Source of the DNA: Escherichia phage phita32
Reading direction: 5' to 3' (one strand)
Sequence record: PQ758395
DNA: 64,000 nucleotides
Below, one piece after another: positions 56,927-64,000 of the stretch (position 1 is the first letter of the stretch; every line of letters begins with the position of its first letter). Made by a program: the position numbers and the translations under genes. Below the pieces are notes generated by a model. The model had not been told where the DNA came from. It saw nothing but the letters and a program-made list of their open reading frames with translations, and did not search any database.

Positions 56927-57161
56927 CCGTTTAAATAACTCCGCGCTAATTAATCCCTTTAGTGAAGATTTGAAGCCAGCCGCCTGGCGTGATGGATTCA
57001 ATACCGAAGGATTTATTTTCAGGCCTGATCTTGAGGAATTTTATAACAATGGATCGAACAACGACAGAGATAATTTTTCTTGTGATGTGCGTAGCGATGG
57101 TACTCCTGGGGGCCATTGCAAACCACATCACTACTACCAGGGGGAAAGGGGGAGACGATGA
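56916..57161 (+). CDS. Early small protein (about 81 aa)
   Basis: ATG at 56916 after GAGAGGAA RBS; 11-nt overlap with the upstream gene. Confidence 0.35.
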   Translation: MWANRLNNSALINPFSEDLKPAAWRDGFNTEGFIFRPDLEEFYNNGSNNDRDNFSCDVRSDGTPGGHCKPHHYYQGERGRR

Positions 57162-57277
57162 CAACCAAGGATAAGCCCCGCACCGATAAGGCGCGCCGGG
57201 TTATGGTATGGCTTGAGATCATCGCCCTTGAAATATTGCTAGGCGTAGGGATGTACTTTATCGCTGTAAGTAACTAA
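57158..57277 (+). CDS. Small membrane peptide (39 aa)
   Basis: ATGA start/stop overlap with the upstream gene; GGGGGAGA RBS; hydrophobic C-terminal half; terminator follows. Confidence 0.3.
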   Translation: MTTKDKPRTDKARRVMVWLEIIALEILLGVGMYFIAVSN

Positions 57278-57282
57278 GAACG

Positions 57283-57310
57283 GCCCCCGATCATGGGGGC
57301 TTATCTTTTT
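57283..57310 (+). terminator. Intrinsic terminator (GCCCCCGATCATGGGGGC + T-run)
   Basis: Stem-loop followed by TTATCTTTTT. Confidence 0.6.
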
Positions 57311-57332
57311 AAAAAATTTCCCTTCCAGGGTG

Positions 57333-57360
57333 TTGCAATCCGGTCCGCAATATGGATAAT
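57333..57360 (+). promoter_or_regulatory. Sigma70-like promoter (TTGCAA-N16-GATAAT) with leader hairpin GGGGAGCTAATCCCC
   Basis: Shares CAATATGGATAATA with the promoter at 58149. Confidence 0.5.
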
Positions 57361-57416
57361 AACAATCAACGGGGAGCTAATCCCCACCAACACAAAAACC
57401 AGAAAGGAGAAACAAA

Positions 57417-57617
57417 ATGAGCAACAATATCCGCGTTATTAACTTCAAAAAAGAAGAAAAAATTGCCGTGCTGATTGACGGTCAAGAAATCTTCAAGGGC
57501 TATTATGAAGATCATCAAACGGCGATTAGTATCACTCGCGTGATCGGTTACCATAATTTCTACCCCCAAGGCGCTGAGGCAGCGGTTAAACGAATCAAAG
57601 AGATTGTAGGCCTGTAA
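57417..57617 (+). CDS. Early small protein (66 aa)
   Basis: AAAGGAGAAA RBS. Confidence 0.45.
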   Translation: MSNNIRVINFKKEEKIAVLIDGQEIFKGYYEDHQTAISITRVIGYHNFYPQGAEAAVKRIKEIVGL

Positions 57618-57618
57618 A

Positions 57619-57664
57619 TTTATTTTTAGATGGCCTTGACTCCAGGGCCATCAATAAAGTAAAT
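57619..57664 (+). repeat. 46-nt intergenic palindromic element, copy 3
   Basis: Hairpin and TTGACT loop identical to copy 1. Confidence 0.65.
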
Positions 57665-57707
57665 TTTAATCGTGATAAAATAATCAGTGCAAAAAGGAGT
57701 AATGATC

Positions 57708-58007
57708 ATGTTCATACCCGCCAATAATCTTTATTTCTTTGATGGTCAAATCGTAGACGGTGTGGAGGTGGAGATCACCGGGTGCCCTGGTGGTCAGGTT
57801 ATGACTTTCCGGAATAATGCCTTTGATGATTCTCATATCGTTATGAGAATGGAAGTTAGTAAGCTAGATGATAAGAAAACATTGATTGACTATTCCGTCA
57901 AAGATCATCCAGACTACCACATGATCTATGGTGATTTGTGCATTGTTGACCGTGACAAGGTGGGCGGCATTGTGATCGCTATTGTGAACGATGTTTTCTC
58001 TGTATAG
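57708..58007 (+). CDS. Early protein (about 99 aa)
   Basis: ATG at 57708 after AAGGAG RBS (the track GTG at 57687 contains the RBS). Confidence 0.4.
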   Translation: MFIPANNLYFFDGQIVDGVEVEITGCPGGQVMTFRNNAFDDSHIVMRMEVSKLDDKKTLIDYSVKDHPDYHMIYGDLCIVDRDKVGGIVIAIVNDVFSV

Positions 58008-58065
58008 TTCCGGTAAATGATGCAAAATAAGGCCCCTAGCAGGGCCTGCAGCGATATAATCACAT

Positions 58066-58099
58066 AAAGGCCATGCAACCGCATGGCCTTTATTATTTT
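58066..58099 (+). terminator. Intrinsic terminator (AAAGGCCATGC-AACC-GCATGGCCTTT + T-run)
   Basis: 11-bp stem followed by ATTATTTT; preceded by a second hairpin AGGCCCCTAGCAGGGCCT at about 58030. Confidence 0.6.
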
Positions 58100-58148
58100 G
58101 GCGTTACAGCGGCCCCCAAGGTGCTTAAAAAATTTTTTAAAGAAGTAC

Positions 58149-58176
58149 TTGCATCAAGCCCTACAATATGGATAAT
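58149..58176 (+). promoter_or_regulatory. Sigma70-like promoter (TTGCAT-N16-GATAAT) with leader hairpin GGGGG-GCGG-CCCCC
   Basis: Paralogous to the promoter at 57333. Confidence 0.5.
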
Positions 58177-58232
58177 AGGACGTGTCGGGGGGCGGCCCCC
58201 AATCATTAACCGGATAGATAGGAGTTAAAATC

Positions 58233-58517
58233 ATGGCTATTGTTACCGTTGGCGATGTAGTAGAAATGGAAGCAAAATACTTAAAAGCGGGTATGCATAT
58301 CCTACGGAATGATCAAGAGTTACTATTAACGATGGTCGACTATAATCCCGGCCAGGATTATCCAAGCATCGACTACTTTTTTGAGTATGTTGATGAAGAG
58401 TTGAAAGAGGATGAGGCCTATTGCGGTGAGTTCTGCAACTTCTTTTGTCCTGATGAGGTTGTAAAGGTTATTTATCAACCTGGCGTAGCTTTCCCGCTGC
58501 ACGCTATCAATAAATAA
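58233..58517 (+). CDS. Early protein (94 aa)
   Basis: AGGAG RBS; followed by a GGGGCC-GAAAA-GGCCCC hairpin. Confidence 0.45.
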   Translation: MAIVTVGDVVEMEAKYLKAGMHILRNDQELLLTMVDYNPGQDYPSIDYFFEYVDEELKEDEAYCGEFCNFFCPDEVVKVIYQPGVAFPLHAINK

Positions 58518-58582
58518 ACCTGGCGGGGCCGAAAAGGCCCCTACAGCATAAAATCATAAAAAATAAAGAGAGGCAAATCATC

Positions 58583-58816
58583 ATGATGGAACAAATTAAA
58601 CGCGCCGAGGCTATTAATGGCAATGTGATCTATTTTGTTAGCAATAACGAAAAAGGCGTACCATATGCAGCGGTAATAGTGCAGCCTGACGGCGATTATT
58701 GGTTTACTGTATACGGATCTTATTCTTTCGGGCGTCCGGTGCATGATAGAATTTTAAAAGTAGCTAATCCAACCGGGAAGAATATCACAGCAGAAAAATT
58801 TTTTGAAAATAGTTGA
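58583..58816 (+). CDS. Early small protein (77 aa)
   Basis: AAAGAGAGG RBS. Confidence 0.45.
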   Translation: MMEQIKRAEAINGNVIYFVSNNEKGVPYAAVIVQPDGDYWFTVYGSYSFGRPVHDRILKVANPTGKNITAEKFFENS

Positions 58817-58843
58817 CATGACCGTATAAGACTGTAGTATATA
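58813..58843 (+). promoter_or_regulatory. Sigma70-like promoter (TTGACA ... TATATA) with leader hairpin GGGGGCAAGCCCC
   Basis: -35 overlaps the upstream stop codon; followed by leader hairpin and AAAGAGGA RBS. Confidence 0.5.
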
Positions 58844-58889
58844 AATCAAAGGGGGCAAGCCCCACCAACCACAAAGAGGATAAAAAATC

Positions 58890-59069
58890 ATGGCTATTAT
58901 TGCAAAGACCGAGATTTTAGGTTTAGATTCTATTCTCCTGGCATACGAGGAAGCTATAGAAATGTATGTGGTTTCCTATGGTGAGTATATCCGTGAATAT
59001 GAATCTATTGATCTAGCTTTTGAATGTTATATTCACCAGGTAAATAAGGCATATGATGATTATCGTTAA
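58890..59069 (+). CDS. Early small protein (59 aa)
   Basis: Just below the track cut-off; has promoter, leader hairpin and RBS. Confidence 0.4.
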   Translation: MAIIAKTEILGLDSILLAYEEAIEMYVVSYGEYIREYESIDLAFECYIHQVNKAYDDYR

Positions 59070-59075
59070 AATAGT

Positions 59076-59103
59076 TTGACAACAGTCAACAATCTGGTAA
59101 AGT
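59076..59103 (+). promoter_or_regulatory. Sigma70-like promoter (TTGACA-N16-TAAAGT) with leader hairpin GCGGGAATACTTCCCGC
   Basis: Promoter followed by leader hairpin. Confidence 0.45.
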
Positions 59104-59151
59104 GTACTACATAGCGCGGGAATACTTCCCGCCATTAATGAGGGTAATTTA

Positions 59152-59298
59152 ATGAAAACTTTCAACGCAACGGCCTCGACAATTGGTTATATTATTACAG
59201 TACAAGCCGTGGATCTGGTAGCAGCAGCAAACAAGATTAAAAAGATGATTCCGCCAGGCAGTGAATTTTCCGTTTGGGAAGTAAAAAATAAATCTTGA
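59152..59298 (+). CDS. Early small protein (48 aa)
   Basis: GAGGG RBS; below the track cut-off. Confidence 0.35.
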   Translation: MKTFNATASTIGYIITVQAVDLVAAANKIKKMIPPGSEFSVWEVKNKS

Positions 59299-59322
59299 CG
59301 ATAATTTGTTATCTGATAGAAT
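59295..59322 (+). promoter_or_regulatory. Sigma70-like promoter (TTGACG-N16-TAGAAT)
   Basis: Overlaps the upstream stop; followed by a GC-rich leader hairpin and GAGGAAAA RBS. Confidence 0.5.
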
Positions 59323-59382
59323 GTATTTCGTAGGGCGGGGAAATAAGGCAACGCCCCACATCAACCGGAAGAGGAAAACAAG

Positions 59383-59619
59383 ATGAGTATTGCGACAATA
59401 TTAACCGCTGTTAAAACCGCTGAACGTTCCGGCCTGCAAGTTGAGATTATAGATCAACCAGGTGGCGATCTCCTTGTCCAAGTTTACCCGCCGAAAGTAG
59501 GGGATGATTATTATTGGTGTTATTCTGATACGTTCGAACAAGTAGACACGAAAGCAATAACCGCCTTTATTTTAAAAGCCGTTGAAGAAAATAACTTGCA
59601 CAATAACGTCAATCAATAA
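59383..59619 (+). CDS. Early small protein (78 aa)
   Basis: GAGGAAAA RBS. Confidence 0.45.
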   Translation: MSIATILTAVKTAERSGLQVEIIDQPGGDLLVQVYPPKVGDDYYWCYSDTFEQVDTKAITAFILKAVEENNLHNNVNQ

Positions 59620-59673
59620 ACCATAAGCGAAGTGGTAACGCCCCATTAAACGCAATAGAAAGAGGATAACTAC

Positions 59674-59778
59674 ATGAAACAGAAATTAATTGATGCGGTG
59701 ATCCTGGTTATTGCCCTAGGTATTGGCCTGATTGCAACCATGGCTAATATGATCTTGTCTTCCAACGGTATCGGATAA
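59674..59778 (+). CDS. Small hydrophobic peptide (34 aa)
   Basis: AAAGAGGATAA RBS; predicted single transmembrane helix; leader paralogous to that of the gene at 60095. Confidence 0.35.
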   Translation: MKQKLIDAVILVIALGIGLIATMANMILSSNGIG

Positions 59779-59787
59779 GGTGGGCAA

Positions 59788-60003
59788 ATGATCACCAACA
59801 AAACAGGCAAAACAGAATTTTTACGCAACTTGCAGATCGGCAAGCCTGAGATCTGGTATTGCACTAAAACACCACGTGACGAAATGAAAGACTTCACCGC
59901 CACGCTGCAACGGGTGAAGATATCTATCACACAGAAAAAGGCCTTACTAGTGGTGGAAGGTGAGATCCCCCAAACCGTTGTTATAGTTGAGCGTACAGCA
60001 TAG
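59788..60003 (+). CDS. Early small protein (71 aa)
   Basis: AAGGTGGG RBS. Confidence 0.4.
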   Translation: MITNKTGKTEFLRNLQIGKPEIWYCTKTPRDEMKDFTATLQRVKISITQKKALLVVEGEIPQTVVIVERTA

Positions 60004-60094
60004 TTTAATTTATACAGATACCTGAAAATTAACCAACAAAGCATAAACAGGCGGTTACCGCCGCCTTAAACGTAGCAGAAAGAGGATAGACACA

Positions 60095-60379
60095 ATGAAA
60101 AAGATGATCGCAGTGGTTTCCCTGGTTGTTGGACTTAATGCGCCTGTAATGGCTAAAGAGCTGGCAAAAGAGGTTGATCTAACGGATATCCATGCCGTCA
60201 ATCAAATCGGGGTTACTTATCGCTTATGCCTTGCCGCTAAAACTTTTAATGACGGCACAACAGAGTACTACGGATTCGAGGGTATCCGGTGCGGTGAGCT
60301 TGCTCGCGACCTTAAGGAAGATCCAGACCTGGAAGATCTGCCCATCACCGTAAACGGTAAAGCTTACGTAGACCGTTAA
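60095..60379 (+). CDS. Small secreted/periplasmic protein (94 aa, signal peptide)
   Basis: N-terminal MKKMIAVVSLVVGLNAPVMA signal-peptide-like sequence; AAAGAGGATAG RBS. Confidence 0.45.
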   Translation: MKKMIAVVSLVVGLNAPVMAKELAKEVDLTDIHAVNQIGVTYRLCLAAKTFNDGTTEYYGFEGIRCGELARDLKEDPDLEDLPITVNGKAYVDR

Positions 60380-60381
60380 CC

Positions 60382-60522
60382 ATGAGAAAGATAATCATCA
60401 CCTTGGGGATTGTGGTAGCAATATTGGCGCTCTTTCCCCTTATGGTTAGATATGTGCTGATACGTGCTGTTCTAGTGGTCAGCGATCTGGTGTTATATAT
60501 ATATATTAACTTACTGTTTTAG
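60382..60522 (+). CDS. Small hydrophobic peptide (46 aa)
   Basis: ATG 2 nt after the upstream stop; very hydrophobic; no clear RBS. Confidence 0.2.
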   Translation: MRKIIITLGIVVAILALFPLMVRYVLIRAVLVVSDLVLYIYINLLF

Positions 60523-60718
60523 GTGCGATAATGACCACTGATGAAGCTGTAAAAGTGTTGGCGGTATTGAGATAACATAATCAGACAAAAGTTATAAACG
60601 ATCCTGATTATGTTGACTCAAAGCGTGAAGATGAGACATTGACCGCAATAGGGATTATTCAAGAATTGCTAAAGCGCATGACAGAGAAAAACCGACCTGA
60701 CTACATAGGGGGTAAAAT

Positions 60719-61030
60719 ATGATCGCTATTACGCCAACCGTTTTAGATTGGTATCGGCAACGCATAGCGCTTCCGCTGGCTATCTTCAAAGATGCGGAAG
60801 CAAAACAACGCCGGATCTCAATACATGAGATCATCAACCTTAACGCTGGAGGCACACCATACCGTCCAGGACCTGGCCGTGAGATGGACAATACGTTAGC
60901 GATCCTGAAGATACGCCGTAAACGGTCCTCCCTTACGCTGGACTCATTACACACAATGCAGTCTCCGTTCCAGGTGACCGGGAAACGGATCGCCAGGTCC
61001 TGGACAAAGGCCAATGATCGGACCGTATAA
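60719..61030 (+). CDS. Hypothetical basic protein (103 aa)
   Basis: GGGGG RBS; preferred over the overlapping antisense 179-aa ORF because it is co-oriented with the array. Confidence 0.3.
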   Translation: MIAITPTVLDWYRQRIALPLAIFKDAEAKQRRISIHEIINLNAGGTPYRPGPGREMDNTLAILKIRRKRSSLTLDSLHTMQSPFQVTGKRIARSWTKANDRTV

Positions 61031-61060
61031 ATAAAAAGTGTTTTGGTACTGATTTTGGGG

Positions 61061-61089
61061 TTGACTTGTTCGGCCCCTTTTGCTATTCT
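61061..61089 (+). promoter_or_regulatory. Sigma70-like promoter (TTGACT-N17-TATTCT), -35 within a GGGG...CCCC hairpin
   Basis: Reads through the inverted copy of the 22-nt element. Confidence 0.4.
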
Positions 61090-61117
61090 TATTAAACGGG
61101 CGGCACTTGGGAACAGG

Positions 61118-61139
61118 GGGAGACAATCACCGGGCCTGC
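61118..61139 (-). repeat. Conserved element copy 3, inverted (GGGAGACAATCACCGGGCCTGC on the + strand)
   Basis: Exact reverse complement of 51554..51575. Confidence 0.6.
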
Positions 61140-61165
61140 CTGTCATATAAGAACTATAAAAACCT

Positions 61166-61194
61166 TTGACATCTGCCATGGGGTGAGGTAACAT
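61166..61194 (+). promoter_or_regulatory. Sigma70 promoter (TTGACA-N17-TAACAT)
   Basis: Followed by a leader hairpin and GGAGAGAGGAAAA RBS. Confidence 0.5.
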
Positions 61195-61249
61195 TTATCT
61201 TGAAGGGGGCAAAAGTGCCCACACAACAACCAGGAGAGAGGAAAACACT

Positions 61250-61522
61250 ATGTCAAGCTGGATTAATCAAGAAGTCGAATCACGTTTTAATGCTATTTGG
61301 GATCTCATCGAAAAAGAGGACGGAACATCAAGCCCCTACCTCAACAATTTGGAATTCCATTTTGTGGAAGCGATGAACGCAGAACATGATCACGAAGGTG
61401 GCGCGGATGAGTTCGCTAAAGGTTATGGCTTTAACAATGCCAACGAAATGATCGAGGCGGTAGTACTCCAGGCTGAGGAAGATTATCAATTAAAAACTCT
61501 TGAATTCTGCCGCCGCAAGTAA
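61250..61522 (+). CDS. Early acidic protein (90 aa)
   Basis: Promoter and RBS present. Confidence 0.45.
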   Translation: MSSWINQEVESRFNAIWDLIEKEDGTSSPYLNNLEFHFVEAMNAEHDHEGGADEFAKGYGFNNANEMIEAVVLQAEEDYQLKTLEFCRRK

Positions 61523-61582
61523 TAAGATAATGACACGGGCCGAAAGGCCCACTAATCAAGATCACATAGAGAGGAAAACATC

Positions 61583-61846
61583 ATGAAACGCATCGATCAG
61601 CTTAAAGTAGTTCAACATATGGCTTACCGTATCCTTGAAGTTCAAAAAGGCAGCAAAAAAGAAGTTTGTGAAAAAGCCTATAAAATTTTCACCCGCAAAA
61701 AGGACGACTGGATGTTACGCCAGACTAAAAAGGACGATATCTTGGGATACTTGGAAGAAGAGATCCGCCTTGCCGAGCAAGAAGAGATCCGCCGTGATGA
61801 AGCAGAATATCAGGCAAGTTGGGAATACTGGATGAATAACAAGTAA
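61583..61846 (+). CDS. Early protein (87 aa)
   Basis: GAGAGGAAAA RBS; followed by a GGGC-GAAA-GCCC hairpin. Confidence 0.45.
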   Translation: MKRIDQLKVVQHMAYRILEVQKGSKKEVCEKAYKIFTRKKDDWMLRQTKKDDILGYLEEEIRLAEQEEIRRDEAEYQASWEYWMNNK

Positions 61847-61907
61847 TACAGCAAGCCATGCAACCAGGGCGAAAGCCCCTTGATTCTGAAAAATAATGCT
61901 ATCCTTA

Positions 61908-61936
61908 TTGACAAGGATCGGCAGTTTTGCTATATT
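61908..61936 (+). promoter_or_regulatory. Sigma70 promoter (TTGACA-N17-TATATT)
   Basis: Consensus -35, good -10. Confidence 0.55.
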
Positions 61937-61983
61937 CTTTTTCAGAAGGAAGTTGTAAGAAAATTATCTAAGAGGTAAACACC

Positions 61984-62403
61984 ATGAATATTAAATCTAA
62001 CAATCCCGCATACAGCTTTGATAACGCTTTTTGTCACGGCCCAGCCGCAAAAGGTTTTGAAATTGATGGTAAACTGGTTATTGTGAATGTTGACGGGGAA
62101 GAGGTTGCAGTATATCCGGTGGCAGACGTTAAAAGCCGTTTACAATGCCGCATTGATGTTACCGCATATCAGCTTGATCCGGTCCGCGTAGTTGCCCTGG
62201 TCCTGGAGGAAGAAATCAAAGCGATGCACCATAGTAACAGGTTTATTGGTGACGCGCAGGATAATATGAAGGTGTGCCGTTATAAAGTTAATGAAGTGCT
62301 TAAAGAATATGGATTTAAGGATCTGATGATCAAACGTGATGAAAAATTTCGTTATCGTAACGACCTGGCAAATCGAATCTATGAAATATACGAATCATTA
62401 TAA
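61984..62403 (+). CDS. Early protein (139 aa)
   Basis: AAGAGG RBS; terminator follows. Confidence 0.45.
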   Translation: MNIKSNNPAYSFDNAFCHGPAAKGFEIDGKLVIVNVDGEEVAVYPVADVKSRLQCRIDVTAYQLDPVRVVALVLEEEIKAMHHSNRFIGDAQDNMKVCRYKVNEVLKEYGFKDLMIKRDEKFRYRNDLANRIYEIYESL

Positions 62404-62421
62404 TTTTTTAACTGAATTATC

Positions 62422-62448
62422 AAGGGGCTTAAAGCCCCTTTCTTTTTG
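62422..62448 (+). terminator. Intrinsic terminator (AAGGGGCTT-AAA-GCCCCTT + T-run)
   Basis: Ends the + strand early-gene array. Confidence 0.65.
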
Positions 62449-62449
62449 T

Positions 62450-64000
62450 CTCCTCTTTTCCTACCACAAACGGCCAAGCCTGGCAAGTGGAATAATTGAC
62501 TAGCCAGCAATTACCAACACTGTACAAACATACATGTAAAATAGCTATTGCATAATATTTCATTGTGTGGTAGCAGGGCCATTTTTACCCGCTTTTCCTT
62601 CCAAAACTGCATGTAATTCCACTATTGCACAAAATTTAACCTGATGCACAATATCTCTTTCTTGTCAACAACTAAAAATCTTTATAAGTCATACACTTAC
62701 ATAACCACAAAAGCGTGTTCTACGTGAAAAATCGGGTATAACTATAGCCACTAAATTCCAGAATTCACGTAGCGTCACCATTCTATAGCCCGCTAAGTAT
62801 TTATTCCGACCATAGAATAACGGAATAGTCAATACCTGCATAAAATAATTATTCGTGTAAACTGCATAACATAAATCAGCTAGGGTGTCAACATTTTTCG
62901 TAAACAGCTTGAAATTATCACGGTGAGTTATCATAAGCAGATAAATCTTTAGTCGTCTAATGTTTACTGTACGTTACTATACTAACTGAAATCATTAGAT
63001 GACTAAGAGAAAGATAAGAAATCATTAACAATGCAATTGTTTTATTCGTAACAATAAGGCAACTATGCAAACGAATGGCATGGCGCGACGGAGTCGCGAC
63101 ATAATATAAAAGCAGTAACCATCACCCCCGTGATAGTTTGTCTGCAAACTATTAATCAGATCATAGTTGCCTTGTATTTAGTTAATCATGACATAAACTC
63201 AGGCATAGCCTTCGTCTCGAGGATGTTAACAAGCAAGGCAACTATAGATCTGCTAATAGTTGCCCTGCTTTTATATTATGTCATAGAAACACCCGAAGGG
63301 GTGACCAAAGGTCACCTGGCATAGCCAGTGAAAGATTATTAACTTGCTAATTGTCAACTTGTTGGCTGTTAGCTTGTCAATTGTAAACTAGTTAATTGTT
63401 ATCATGCAAACGAATGGCATGGCTTATCATCTATGCGTGAACTATCCAGGCGTAAACAGTCTATGTGGGAACAATCTATACGTGAACAGTGAAACATGAA
63501 ATAATAACAGTCGTTATTGTGGCGTATTGTGCTGCAGTATGTCATATTGTGTCAGACAAGTTTTTCTCCTCTTTGTCAAGTGCTGCATGAAAAATTTACA
63601 ATCTTGTATGGTAGCATTTTGCGGCCCTGTTTACATTCAGGAATGTATGTATAATCCTTGTTGTGTGGGCGTTTAGACGTCTGGACGGTCAGAAGTCTGC
63701 AGGTTAATATCTAATCTATTGGCTGCTAACTATATCCCCCACAAATAATAAGAAATATAATTGTTATATGTGTAAACCGTAACTCATGTTATCAATCCCT
63801 GTATGTATCGCCAGTGGTGCGCATAATGGGTATTATGTTAAATTGCCCGTAATGATAACTATTCTCACAATGATAGGTATTCTCATTCACCCCACAAGAT
63901 AGGTTGCAAATGTTGTGCCACTGTGTGAACGGCCTCACCTATTAATTTGCCTCACTGCCTCGATATTTGAGAATTATTATAAGAATGAAAAGTATTCCCA
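62450..64000. repeat. AT-rich non-coding region with dispersed repeats and palindromes
   Basis: GCAAACGAATGGCATGGC twice (about 63066 and 63407); GGCAACTAT / ATAGTTGCC inverted pairs (63058-63270); TTGTCAA-containing direct repeats (63351-63400); palindromes CGCGAC-GGA-GTCGCG (about 63085) and GGTGACC-AAA-GGTCACC (about 63300); no convincing ORF with an RBS. Confidence 0.5.

Noticed and set aside
60655-61194. 179-aa minus-strand ORF overlapping the end of the early array
   Set aside because: Antisense to the co-oriented + strand genes, Arg/Cys-rich non-protein-like composition, and it spans a promoter and the inverted repeat; probably a chance ORF.
1-64000. tRNA or other canonical RNA genes
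   Set aside because: Scanning by eye for tRNA hallmarks (GGTTCGAATCC-type T-arm with a matching acceptor stem) found nothing convincing; GC-rich hairpins present are better explained as terminators or leader structures.
1-64000. Prophage or integrative element boundaries (integrase, att sites)
   Set aside because: No integrase, recombinase, excisionase or repressor-like genes were recognised; gene content and promoter architecture fit a virulent phage.

Overview
This window reads as a contiguous segment of a large virulent tailed-phage genome (dsDNA, about 45% GC, enterobacterial-style promoters and ribosome-binding sites); no integrase, tRNA, rRNA or CRISPR array was seen. Four modules are visible. 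(1) 1-17.7 kb, + strand: tail and tail-fibre genes, starting with the 3' part of a J-like central fibre protein and including two tail-fibre paralogs, a 1438-aa fibre-like protein and an Ig-like protein. (2) 17.8-24.7 kb, - strand, convergent with module 1: small accessory genes including a HAD phosphatase, four tandem ~80-aa paralogs, a VWA/HExxH protein and an HNH-like protein. (3) 24.9-50.9 kb, + strand: replication and DNA-metabolism genes (AAA ATPase, SleB-like hydrolase with signal peptide, GHKL ATPase, Pif1/RecD-like helicase, C5-methyltransferase-like protein, primase-helicase, family-A DNA polymerase, two HNH-type endonucleases, SSB-like protein, macro-domain protein). (4) 50.9-62.4 kb: a repeat-rich non-coding stretch followed by about 30 small + strand genes, most with their own sigma70-like promoter and many with a conserved 5'-UTR hairpin, then a 1.6-kb AT-rich repeat-rich non-coding region to the window end. 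Product calls rest on motifs I recognised by eye in the supplied translations, not on database searches, and most small ORFs remain hypothetical. Coordinates of promoters, hairpins and hand-called small ORFs may be off by 1-2 nt. The most unusual content is the modular early-gene array and the repeat elements that bracket and punctuate it.
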